Shown here in pieces: positions 48,791 through 57,323 of a DNA stretch of 64,000 bases (position 1 is the stretch's first letter; every line of letters begins with the position of its first letter). The stretch spans positions 32,001-96,000 of the forward strand of contig CAVYZN010000005.1 in the NCBI GenBank assembly GCA_963773065.1, given 5' to 3'. Below the pieces are notes generated by a model, which was given only the letters and a program-made list of their open reading frames with translations, was not told the origin of the DNA and ran no database searches. Source of the stretch: an uncultured Gammaproteobacteria bacterium. GTDB lineage: Bacteria > Pseudomonadota > Gammaproteobacteria > UBA9214. A program made the position numbers and the translations under genes.

Positions 48791-50302
48791 TTAGTTACGG
48801 GTGCGGCCGTAAAGCCGGACTAGCTGGCGCAGGCGCCCGGTGAGATCATCCGGCACCTGTTCCCAATCGAATCGCCAGTTCCAGTTGTTCCCGATCGTGC
48901 CGGGCGTGTTCATGCGGTGCTCGCTTCCCAGTTCCAGGATATCCTGCATCGGCAGGATCGCCAACTTGGCAACGGAGGCCAGCGCTGCACGTATCAGAGG
49001 CCACGGCATCCGCTCCGAGGGATCGCCCAGATACTCATTAACCGCTCGCCGTTGCGCATCGTCACACTTCAGGTACCAGCCCAGCGTGGTGTCGTTATCA
49101 TGCGTCCCGGTATAGACAACCGACTGTTGCACGTGATTGTGCGGCAGGTAGGGATTGTCCGCCCCCCCGCTGAAGGCAAACTGGAGTATCTTCATCCCCG
49201 GTAATGCGAACCTGGCGCGCAGCGCATCGACTTCGGGGGTTATGACACCCAGGTCCTCCGCGACCAGGGGGAGTTGTCCGAATTCCTGTTGCAACCGCGC
49301 GAACAATGCCTCACCGGGCGCCGCCACCCATCGGCCATGAATGGCCGTTTCCGCCGCGGCGGGGATCTCCCAGTATTTTTCAAACCCACGGAAGTGATCC
49401 AACCGGATAATATCGAACAATTCCAGTTGTGAGCGCAATCGCTCCAGCCACCAGCGATAATCATCCGCCATGATCCGCTCCCACCGATAGAGCGGATTCC
49501 CCCAGCGCTGCCCCGTCGCGGAGAAATAGTCGGGCGGCACGCCGGCCACGACATCGGGTTTTCCCGTCGCGTCCAGTGAAAAGAGGTCGCGATGGGCCCA
49601 GATATCGGCGCTGTCATGGGCGACAAAAATCGGTATATCGCCGAATAACGCGATGCCGTGTTGATGCGCATAATCGCGCACCGCACGCCATTGCGAGAAA
49701 AATACGAACTGTTCAAAACAGACCTGTTGCAGGGCCTCTCCCTGCGTGTCGCGGAACGCCAGCAACGCGGTGGCATCCCGGTCGCGCAGCGGTGCTGGCC
49801 AATCAATCCAGGAGGCCTCACCCTGTGACTGCCTGATGGACTGGAACAGGGCGTAATCATCCAGCCAGGCGGCATGTTGCCGCTTGAATTCGGCGAACGT
49901 CTTGCGGTCCCCTTCGTGCGCATGGCGTTCAAAACCCTTCCTGGCCTGCTCGAGGGCGGTATGCGAACGTTTCTCGCCCTGCTCCAGCCAGCCACGGGCG
50001 ACCAGTTCATCGGTACAGATCAGTTCGACATTGCCGGCGTGTACGGACATGCACTGATAGGGCGAACGGCCGTTGTGTGTCGGACCCAGCGGCAGGGTCT
50101 GCCACACGCTGAAGCCGCACTGTGTAAGAAAGTCGATAAAACGCAATGCCTTTGCCCCCAGGCAGCCGCCGGAGTGGCTGTCGGGCAATGAGGTGGGGTG
50201 CAAAAGCAGCCCCGCACGGCGCTCTTTCAATGGATAGGCCAAGGGAGGGGATCGGGTCTGTTCAGCTTGGTTGATCTTCCACAGTGTATTGCATGCCGCC
50301 AT
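48791..50302 (-). CDS. malQ: 4-alpha-glucanotransferase (GH77). Start may be TTG 50242
   Basis: LHPTSLP, GVPPDYFSATGQRWGNP, RLDHFRGF, YTGTHDNDT. Confidence 0.95.
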   Translation of the reverse strand: MAACNTLWKINQAEQTRSPPLAYPLKERRAGLLLHPTSLPDSHSGGCLGAKALRFIDFLTQCGFSVWQTLPLGPTHNGRSPYQCMSVHAGNVELICTDELVARGWLEQGEKRSHTALEQARKGFERHAHEGDRKTFAEFKRQHAAWLDDYALFQSIRQSQGEASWIDWPAPLRDRDATALLAFRDTQGEALQQVCFEQFVFFSQWRAVRDYAHQHGIALFGDIPIFVAHDSADIWAHRDLFSLDATGKPDVVAGVPPDYFSATGQRWGNPLYRWERIMADDYRWWLERLRSQLELFDIIRLDHFRGFEKYWEIPAAAETAIHGRWVAAPGEALFARLQQEFGQLPLVAEDLGVITPEVDALRARFALPGMKILQFAFSGGADNPYLPHNHVQQSVVYTGTHDNDTTLGWYLKCDDAQRRAVNEYLGDPSERMPWPLIRAALASVAKLAILPMQDILELGSEHRMNTPGTIGNNWNWRFDWEQVPDDLTGRLRQLVRLYGRTRN

Positions 50303-50440
50303 CGCAGGGCGTTTTCCGGCCCGGGTGGCTGCCGGAATCCGCGTCTTCAGGCGGCATATCGACAGCGGCGCATCATGCTACCCGGCGTTAGGTTCCGCGG
50401 CTGGCGCATCTGCCGGCAAATACCGGCGTTCAGGCGTCTG

Positions 50441-51703
50441 TCAGCGGACAAAGTGGAATTCCTGGCCGAGCATTTCCGGCGTCACCAGCACCACGCCGTT
50501 GGGGGTGAGGTAAAAACGGGCTTCATCCTCTTTGTGATTCTCACCGATCACCATGCCGTCCGGTATCTCGCAGCCCTTGTCGATCACGGCGCGCTTGATG
50601 CGACAGTTGCGACCGATGCGGACGTTGGGGAGCGCGACGACATCCTGGAGCACGGTATACGACTTGACCCGGACATTGGAAAAAAGCAAGGAGTGGCGCA
50701 CCGTGGCGCCTGAAATCAGGCAACCGCCGGATACCATGGAGTCCACCGCCATCCCCCGCCGGTCATCATCGTTAAATACAAATTTCGCCGGCGGCAACTG
50801 CTCCTGGTAGGTCCAGATGGGCCATTCTTCATCGTACAGGTTGAGTTCCGGCAGTACCCCGATCAATTCCAGGTTGGCTTCCCAAAAGGCATCGACCGTA
50901 CCGACATCCCGCCAGTACGCGCTCTGTCCACTCTGCGACTCCCTGTAGGGGTAACTGAAAACGCGGTATTTCTTGATCATGCTGGGGATAATGTCATGGC
51001 CGAAGTCATGCGTGGAATAGGTCTCGTCGGCGTCCTTGATCAACTGTTCGAACAGGAAATGTGTGTTGAAGATATATATTCCCATGGAAGCCAGCGCCAT
51101 GTCGGATGATCCTGGCATCGGGTGTGGTGCGGCCGGCTTCTCGTTGAATTCAATAACACGGCCGCCTTCCTCTATCGACATGACGCCGAAGGACTTGGCC
51201 TGTTCGAGCGGGACCTCGATACAGCCTACGGTCATATCCGCTCCCCGTTCGACGTGGTGTGCGATCATGGGCCCGTAATCCATCTTGTAGACGTGGTCAC
51301 CCGCCAGGATCAGGACATATTCAGGCTTGTGTGTGCGGATGATATCCAGGTTCTGGTAAACGGCATCCGCCGTGCCGGCATACCACGAGGGCTCAATGCG
51401 CTGCTGCGCGGGCAGCAGCTCGATGAACTCGCCGAATTCGCCACGCAGAAATCCCCAGCCCTGCTGAATATGCTGGATGAGGGAATGCGCCTTGTATTGG
51501 GTGATCACGCCGATCATGCGTATACCCGAGTTCATGCAGTTGGAAAGCGGGAAATCAATGATGCGAAATTTGCCACCAAAAGGAACCGCCGGTTTGGCGC
51601 GCCACTGGGTCAGTTGCCGCAAGCGGGAACCGCGTCCTCCGGCCAGTACCAGCGCCAGTGTATTGCGTGTCAAACGGCTGACAAATCGATGAGTCTGCTT
51701 CAT
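50441..51703 (-). CDS. glgC: Glucose-1-phosphate adenylyltransferase
   Basis: [32 protein letters not shown]. Confidence 0.97.
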   Translation of the reverse strand: MKQTHRFVSRLTRNTLALVLAGGRGSRLRQLTQWRAKPAVPFGGKFRIIDFPLSNCMNSGIRMIGVITQYKAHSLIQHIQQGWGFLRGEFGEFIELLPAQQRIEPSWYAGTADAVYQNLDIIRTHKPEYVLILAGDHVYKMDYGPMIAHHVERGADMTVGCIEVPLEQAKSFGVMSIEEGGRVIEFNEKPAAPHPMPGSSDMALASMGIYIFNTHFLFEQLIKDADETYSTHDFGHDIIPSMIKKYRVFSYPYRESQSGQSAYWRDVGTVDAFWEANLELIGVLPELNLYDEEWPIWTYQEQLPPAKFVFNDDDRRGMAVDSMVSGGCLISGATVRHSLLFSNVRVKSYTVLQDVVALPNVRIGRNCRIKRAVIDKGCEIPDGMVIGENHKEDEARFYLTPNGVVLVTPEMLGQEFHFVR

Positions 51704-51880
51704 TGCTTGTGCGTAATTGTTTTGATCGGCGGTTTGAAATCAAACCTTCCGGGGTTGATGATTCGACAAAGCCGATATTGTATGGTTAAGCACATTGCCT
51801 GTATAGTTGCACGGCATTCTTTGTAAGCATTAATTCTGGTCGTACGACCTCTATACTCCGTGGCCTCGCACAGTTGACCG

Positions 51881-54112
51881 ATGGTGCAATCAGATTCGGA
51901 AGTTCACCCCTATCCCAAACTCTCCGCGGAGCTTCAACGCCTGCTGGATGCACGTCACCACGACCCCTTCAGTGTTCTGGGTCGCCACTACTCCAAAGGT
52001 CAGGATATCATCCGTGTGTTCATCCCGTATGCCGCCTGGGTACGCACCGTGGAAACCGGGGCGTCCCTGGAACGTATCGCCAATACGGACCTGTTCGAAT
52101 GGCAAGGGCAAGCCGGCAGCCTGCCTGAACGCTATCGGCTGATATGGCAGGACCGCTACGGGGTGGAGCATGTCGCCTATGACCCCTACTGCTTTCCCCC
52201 GCAGATTTCGGACTTCGACATCCACCTGTTCGGAGAAGGCAAACACTGGCACATCTACCGCATCCTGGGGGCTCACCGTAAACAGGCGGACGGCATCCAT
52301 GGCGTGCTGTTCGCCGTCTGGGCCCCATCGGCGGAGCGCGTCAGCGTCGTCGGTGATTTCAACGGCTGGGACGGGCGCGCGCACCCGATGCGTGCGCGTG
52401 GCGGCAGCGGCATCTGGGAGCTGTTTATACCCGGGCTGGACAGCGGCCAACCCTATAAATACGAAATACGCTGCCGGGATGATGGGAAACTCTTATTGAA
52501 AACAGATCCCTATGGACAACAATTTGAGCGGCGCCCAGCCACGGCCTCGCTCATACCCAAAGACGTCAGCTATGAGTGGCATGACAAACCTTGGCTGGAA
52601 AACAGGAGCCGGAGTGACTGGCGCCACAATCCCATCTGCATCTACGAAGTGCACCTGGGATCCTGGAAACGCGATGAACACGGTCATTTCCTGAATTACC
52701 GGACCCTGGCGCGGGAACTTGTCGAATATGTCGGGCTAACCGGGTTTACCCATATTGAACTGCTGCCCATCACGGAGCATCCCCTGGATGCTTCCTGGGG
52801 TTACCAGACGACGGGTTATTTCGCGCCGACCAGCCGGTTCGGCAGCCCGGACGATTTCCGCTACTTCGTCGATCTCTGCCATCAGAACAACATCGGCGTC
52901 CTGCTGGATTGGGTCCCGGCCCACTTCCCCAGGGACAGCTTCGGTCTGGCCCGATTCGATGGCAGCGCCCTGTATGAGCATCAGGACCCGCGCCGCGGTG
53001 AACATGCCGACTGGGGCACGCTGATCTACAACTACGGCCGCAATGAAGTCAGGAACTTTCTGCTGTCGAGCGCCATCTACTGGCTGGAGGAATTCCATCT
53101 CGACGGCTTACGGGTCGACGCGGTGGCCTCCATGCTGTATCACGACTATTCACGTGATAACGATCAATGGCTGCCAAACATCTATGGGGGACGGGAGAAT
53201 CTCGAGGCCGTCACTTTCCTGCGCGAACTGAACACGGTCACCCACAGCGCCTATCCGGGCACGATCGTGATAGCCGAGGAATCAACCGCATGGCCCGGCG
53301 TCAGCCGTCCGGTGAACTTGGGCGGCCTGGGTTTCAGCATGAAATGGAACCTCGGCTGGATGCATGATTCGCTGAACTACATGCAACATGACCCGGTGCA
53401 CCGGAAATATCACCACAACGACCTGACCTTCGGTCTGCTGTACGCCTTCACGGAAAACTTTGTCCTGCCCTTCTCGCACGATGAAGTGGTGCATGGCAAA
53501 CAGTCCATGCTCTACAAGCAATCGGGCGACGATTGGCAGCAGTTCGCCAACCTGCGCCTGCTGTACACCTACATGTACACCTCCCCAGGCAAGAAACTGC
53601 TGTTCATGGGCAATGAAATAGCCCAGGGACGGGAGTGGAATTTTGATGCAAGCATCGAGTGGCATCTGCTCGATTACGAATACCACCGCGGCGTACAGAA
53701 ACTGGTCAGCGACCTGAACCGGCTCTACAGGGAGATCCCGGCGTTGCACCGCTACGACTTCGTGTCGGAGGGTTTCGACTGGATCGACTGCAATGCGGCC
53801 GAACAGTCCACGCTCAGTTACATCCGCAGGGATGGCGAGGATGTCATCGTAGTCACGCTCAATTTCACGCCCATACCGCGTCATCAATACCGCATCGGCG
53901 TACCGGCGGCGGGCAATTACCAGGAACGTTTCAATTCGGACTCGGGTTACTATGGTGGTTCAGACCTTGGCAACCGCGGCCAGGTACATGCGGAACCCGT
54001 GCCCTGGGATGGTTATCCCTATTCCATCGCCCTGACTCTTCCACCCCTGGCAGGCATCGTTCTTCAGTACAGCAAGTACGCGCCTGACCCCAGGCCCAGC
54101 GCCCCCGCCTGA
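51881..54112 (+). CDS. glgB: 1,4-alpha-glucan branching enzyme
   Basis: [40 protein letters not shown]. Confidence 0.97.
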   Translation: MVQSDSEVHPYPKLSAELQRLLDARHHDPFSVLGRHYSKGQDIIRVFIPYAAWVRTVETGASLERIANTDLFEWQGQAGSLPERYRLIWQDRYGVEHVAYDPYCFPPQISDFDIHLFGEGKHWHIYRILGAHRKQADGIHGVLFAVWAPSAERVSVVGDFNGWDGRAHPMRARGGSGIWELFIPGLDSGQPYKYEIRCRDDGKLLLKTDPYGQQFERRPATASLIPKDVSYEWHDKPWLENRSRSDWRHNPICIYEVHLGSWKRDEHGHFLNYRTLARELVEYVGLTGFTHIELLPITEHPLDASWGYQTTGYFAPTSRFGSPDDFRYFVDLCHQNNIGVLLDWVPAHFPRDSFGLARFDGSALYEHQDPRRGEHADWGTLIYNYGRNEVRNFLLSSAIYWLEEFHLDGLRVDAVASMLYHDYSRDNDQWLPNIYGGRENLEAVTFLRELNTVTHSAYPGTIVIAEESTAWPGVSRPVNLGGLGFSMKWNLGWMHDSLNYMQHDPVHRKYHHNDLTFGLLYAFTENFVLPFSHDEVVHGKQSMLYKQSGDDWQQFANLRLLYTYMYTSPGKKLLFMGNEIAQGREWNFDASIEWHLLDYEYHRGVQKLVSDLNRLYREIPALHRYDFVSEGFDWIDCNAAEQSTLSYIRRDGEDVIVVTLNFTPIPRHQYRIGVPAAGNYQERFNSDSGYYGGSDLGNRGQVHAEPVPWDGYPYSIALTLPPLAGIVLQYSKYAPDPRPSAPA

Positions 54113-54172
54113 TCCGAACGGGAAACACCGGGGTGCTGCCTATCCTGGTCAATCAGGCTAAAATGTTTATTT

Positions 54173-54958
54173 ATGGGCACGACGCGTCAACCCGCCGTAG
54201 CAGGCTCCTTCTATCCCGCCGATCCGCGCAGGCTGCGCGCCATGCTGGAGGACTTGCTGAGGGAGGCCCGTACTGACCAGCCGGCGCCCAAGGCCATGAT
54301 CGTGCCGCATGCCGGCTACATCTATTCAGGCCCGGTTGCCGCGACCGGCTATGCACGCCTGCTCAATTCAGCGGACAACTATACGCGCGTCGTGCTGCTC
54401 GGGCCGGCCCACCGCGTGGCATTCCCGGGCCTGTCAGTCACCAGTGACACCTCCTTCGCCACGCCACTCGGCGAGGTGCCTGTCGATGAGGAGGCAATCT
54501 GCAAGCTTACTGGCCTGCCACAGGTAAAAATTCATAACGAGGCACAACGCCTCGAACACAGCCTGGAAGTACACCTGCCGTTTCTACAGGTCACGCTTGA
54601 AAACTTTACGCTGGTTCCACTCCTCGTCGGCGATGCCACCGCCGAGGAGGTATGCGAGGTGCTGGAACTGACGGCGTCTGATCCCTACAGCCTGGTAATC
54701 GTCAGTTCGGACCTCAGTCATTACCACGATTACCAGACGGCCATGCGCCTGGATAAAAACACATCACGCCACATCGAAGCGCTGGATTACGCGGACATCG
54801 GGTATGGACATGCCTGCGGGCGTAACCCTGTCAGCGGTCTGCTGCTCTACGCGAAACATCACGGACTGAAGGCCGAGACCCTCGATCTACGCAACTCGGG
54901 AGACACCGCGGGTCCGCGTGACCAGGTGGTGGGATATGGCACTTATGTTTTTGACTGA
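54173..54958 (+). CDS. amrB: AmmeMemoRadiSam system protein B (MEMO1 family)
   Basis: PAVAGSFYP, PHAGYIYSG, EHSLEV, SSDLSHY, NSGDT. Confidence 0.92.
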   Translation: MGTTRQPAVAGSFYPADPRRLRAMLEDLLREARTDQPAPKAMIVPHAGYIYSGPVAATGYARLLNSADNYTRVVLLGPAHRVAFPGLSVTSDTSFATPLGEVPVDEEAICKLTGLPQVKIHNEAQRLEHSLEVHLPFLQVTLENFTLVPLLVGDATAEEVCEVLELTASDPYSLVIVSSDLSHYHDYQTAMRLDKNTSRHIEALDYADIGYGHACGRNPVSGLLLYAKHHGLKAETLDLRNSGDTAGPRDQVVGYGTYVFD

Positions 54959-55553
54959 GGATCGGCGGGAGTTCTCGTCGACAGTACAGGATCTACTCCT
55001 GCGCATTGCACTTGCATCCATCCAGTCCGGGCTCGAAACCAGACGGCCGGTGGCCATGAGGAACGAGGATTATCCTGGCATATTGTCAGACAGACGTTCA
55101 AGTTTTGTCACGCTGCAGGTGGGGGATAGGCTGCGCGGCTGCATCGGCTCGCTTGAGCCCTGGACGACCCTTGCCGAGGATGTCAGTCGCAATGCCTTTG
55201 CGGCAGCTTTCAGGGACACGCGCTTCCGGCCCTTGCAGGCAGAGGAGCTTTCCACACTGTCCGTACAGGTTTCCATCTTAAGCAAACCGGAGATACTTAA
55301 CGTCGACTCTGAAGCGTCATTGCTGGTGAAGGTCAGACCGGGAATCGACGGCCTCATACTGCAGGAACATGCCCGAAGGGGTACTTTTCTGCCCTCCGTA
55401 TGGAATTCATTACCGGAACCGGCCCAGTTTCTCGATCACCTCAAACTCAAGGCAGGTCTTCCCATTGACTATTGGTCGGAATCGATCAAGGTTTGGCGAT
55501 ATACCACCGAGTCATTCGCCGCGACCGTACCCTCGATAAGGGAAAAAGATTGA
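54945..55553 (+). CDS. amrA: AmmeMemoRadiSam system protein A (AMMECR1 family)
   Basis: FVTL, LRGCIGS, TFLPSVW, LKLKAG. Confidence 0.92.
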   Translation: MFLTEDRREFSSTVQDLLLRIALASIQSGLETRRPVAMRNEDYPGILSDRRSSFVTLQVGDRLRGCIGSLEPWTTLAEDVSRNAFAAAFRDTRFRPLQAEELSTLSVQVSILSKPEILNVDSEASLLVKVRPGIDGLILQEHARRGTFLPSVWNSLPEPAQFLDHLKLKAGLPIDYWSESIKVWRYTTESFAATVPSIREKD

Positions 55554-55555
55554 GA

Positions 55556-56059
55556 TTATCTGGCGGAAATACCGAAGTAGGCAAATACCAGCGTCACCAC
55601 CAGCATCGCCAGAAGAAATATGCGCAGCGGCTGTCTTGGTTTATTGTCCGTACCAAGTCGGTTATGGGGTAGGTAATTCAACAGATTATATTTGAAGAAT
55701 TCGGCGTTGCTGTCCAAGCGACGTCGATCCGGTGAATTGCGCCTTTCTTCGGGGGGTGCTTGCAGGCATTTCCCCTGCCGCCCCCGGCGTTCCTCCAGAC
55801 GTTCGTCCACCTTCATGCGCGCCACCACCAGTGCCTGGTAATCCTCCCAACTGGACAGTTGCAGCAGTTCCTCAGGGAACAGGTCCGGGTAATCTCCAAC
55901 CGGTCGCCACCTTATACGGTCCTGACTCAGTTCATCCTTCAGCCCGATGCGCCCGAGCAGGATATAGCGCGCGACGTTTTCATCCGTGAAGGGGCCCCGA
56001 ACGGTACCATTACGGCGAGCATACCACCGGTTGCCGTTATTCGAATGCGCCATGGCCAT
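55556..56059 (-). CDS. Hypothetical membrane-anchored protein with a GYF_2-like N-terminus, an ERR/DRR-rich linker and a C-terminal transmembrane helix
   Basis: WYARRNGTVRGPF...LGRI...W pattern resembles GYF_2. Hydrophobic C-terminus. Same strand as fliA, 30 nt downstream. Confidence 0.7.
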   Translation of the reverse strand: MAMAHSNNGNRWYARRNGTVRGPFTDENVARYILLGRIGLKDELSQDRIRWRPVGDYPDLFPEELLQLSSWEDYQALVVARMKVDERLEERRGRQGKCLQAPPEERRNSPDRRRLDSNAEFFKYNLLNYLPHNRLGTDNKPRQPLRIFLLAMLVVTLVFAYFGISAR

Positions 56060-56089
56060 AGCGACAGTCTGCCTTGTTACCGTTCGATG

Positions 56090-56820
56090 TCAGTCCTTGA
56101 GCCACTCTTCCATGCGTGCCCGCAGACGAATCAGCGCCTGGCCATGAATCTGGCATACCCGTGACTCACTTACACCTAGAATCTCGCCGATTTCACGCAG
56201 ATTGAGTTCTTCGTCGTAGTAGAGCGCCATGACCAGCCGTTCGCGTTCCGGCAGTCCCTTGATCGCCTTGGCCAGGCCCTGCTTGAAATCATCATTCTGC
56301 AGATTATCGAGAGGCTGGTTCAACTGGCGGTCGGAGCCACGAAACCCTCCTCGCCCAAGGTCCCGGGATCATCAAAACTGAAGATGCGGCAGCCGGTCGC
56401 ATCCTGGAGAATCTTGTGGTACTCGTCCAGGCCGATTCCCATCGCTTCCGCTACTTCAACATCACGCGCATCGCGGCCTTTCTCATTCTCTATTTTGCGC
56501 ACCGCCTCGGCGACCTCGCGCGCCTTCCGATGCACGGACCGGGGGGTCCAATCGGTTCGACGGATTTCATCAAGCATGGCTCCGCGTATCCTGATGCCCG
56601 CGTAGGTCTCGAAACTGGCCCCCTGTTCCGGGTCAAAGTTCCTGGATGCTTCAATCAAGCCGATCATACCGGCCTGAATCAGATCGTCAGCCTGGACACT
56701 CGGAGGCAAGCGGCTCAGCAGGTGAAACGCAATGCGTTTGACCAGCGGTTCGTGCGACGTGATCAGATCGTTTTTATTGCGATGCAGTTTCACTTCAGCG
56801 GTGACTGTATTACCCTTCAT
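56090..56820 (-). CDS. fliA: Flagellar sigma factor FliA (sigma28), split by a -1 frameshift near 56325
   Basis: DDLIQAGMIGL, FETYAGIRIRGAMLDEIR and DWTPRSVHR in ORF 56320..56820. LPERERLVMALYYDEELNLREIGEILGVSESRVCQIH in ORF 56090..56323. Confidence 0.93.
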
Positions 56821-56930
56821 GACCTTACCTCCATCTCGACGTTGTTTCGGTGAAGCAAGCGTTCGATGAAAAATTCAAGGTGGCCCCGCAGGCTATGCTG
56901 GCGTGGCCAGTTAGCCACCCGCCTCGACTT
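56817..56930 (-). pseudogene. flhG: 3' remnant of flhG/fleN (C-terminal 37 residues)
   Basis: Hand translation KSRRVANWPRQHSLRGHLEFFIERLLHRNNVEMEVRS* resembles the FleN/FlhG tail (WP...RGHLEFFVERL). Its stop overlaps the fliA ATG (ATGA). In-frame TAG upstream at 56946-56948. Confidence 0.8.
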
Positions 56931-56956
56931 ACATCTTATGTAGTCCTAATTAACAG

Positions 56957-56971
56957 GCAACAAATGTACCA
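56957..56971 (-). promoter_or_regulatory. Sigma54 promoter in front of the flhG remnant and fliA
   Basis: TGGTAC-ATTTG-TTGC, exact GG-N10-GC spacing. Confidence 0.75.
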
Positions 56972-57074
56972 ATACTGGAATTGTTCCTGCTTGGACATCA
57001 AAAGGCATCATAACGTACTGTATTTAAAGAGCTATGAACTACATTGAAGGCTCATTCAAAGAACCATGTACTGC

Positions 57075-57088
57075 GTCATATTTCTGAC
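57075..57088. promoter_or_regulatory. Candidate FleQ-binding box
   Basis: GTCATATTTCTGAC (GTCA-N6-TGAC) resembles the Pseudomonas FleQ box and lies about 105 bp upstream of the sigma54 -24 element. Confidence 0.55.
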
Positions 57089-57323
57089 TTCATGAGGATG
57101 AGTCGTGCGTTTGTGCCATGAAATTTTTGTACCATGAAATTAATGAGCAGATTTCATGAATTGCCTTTGAACCATTACACGCGACTGACGCCGAGAAGAA
57201 AGTGGGCTGTAGCTGAAGGCTGTCAGATATCAAGAGCAGGAAAGGCTGTGCCCTGTGAACTGAACGTATGCTGCCGTGGTTATAGGTTTTCGATACCGCG
57301 AACGGCAATCGAATGCAGGCCCG

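Noticed and set aside
51771-51778. Sigma28 promoter upstream of glgB (GCCGATAT)
   Set aside because: No TAAA element at 15-nt spacing.
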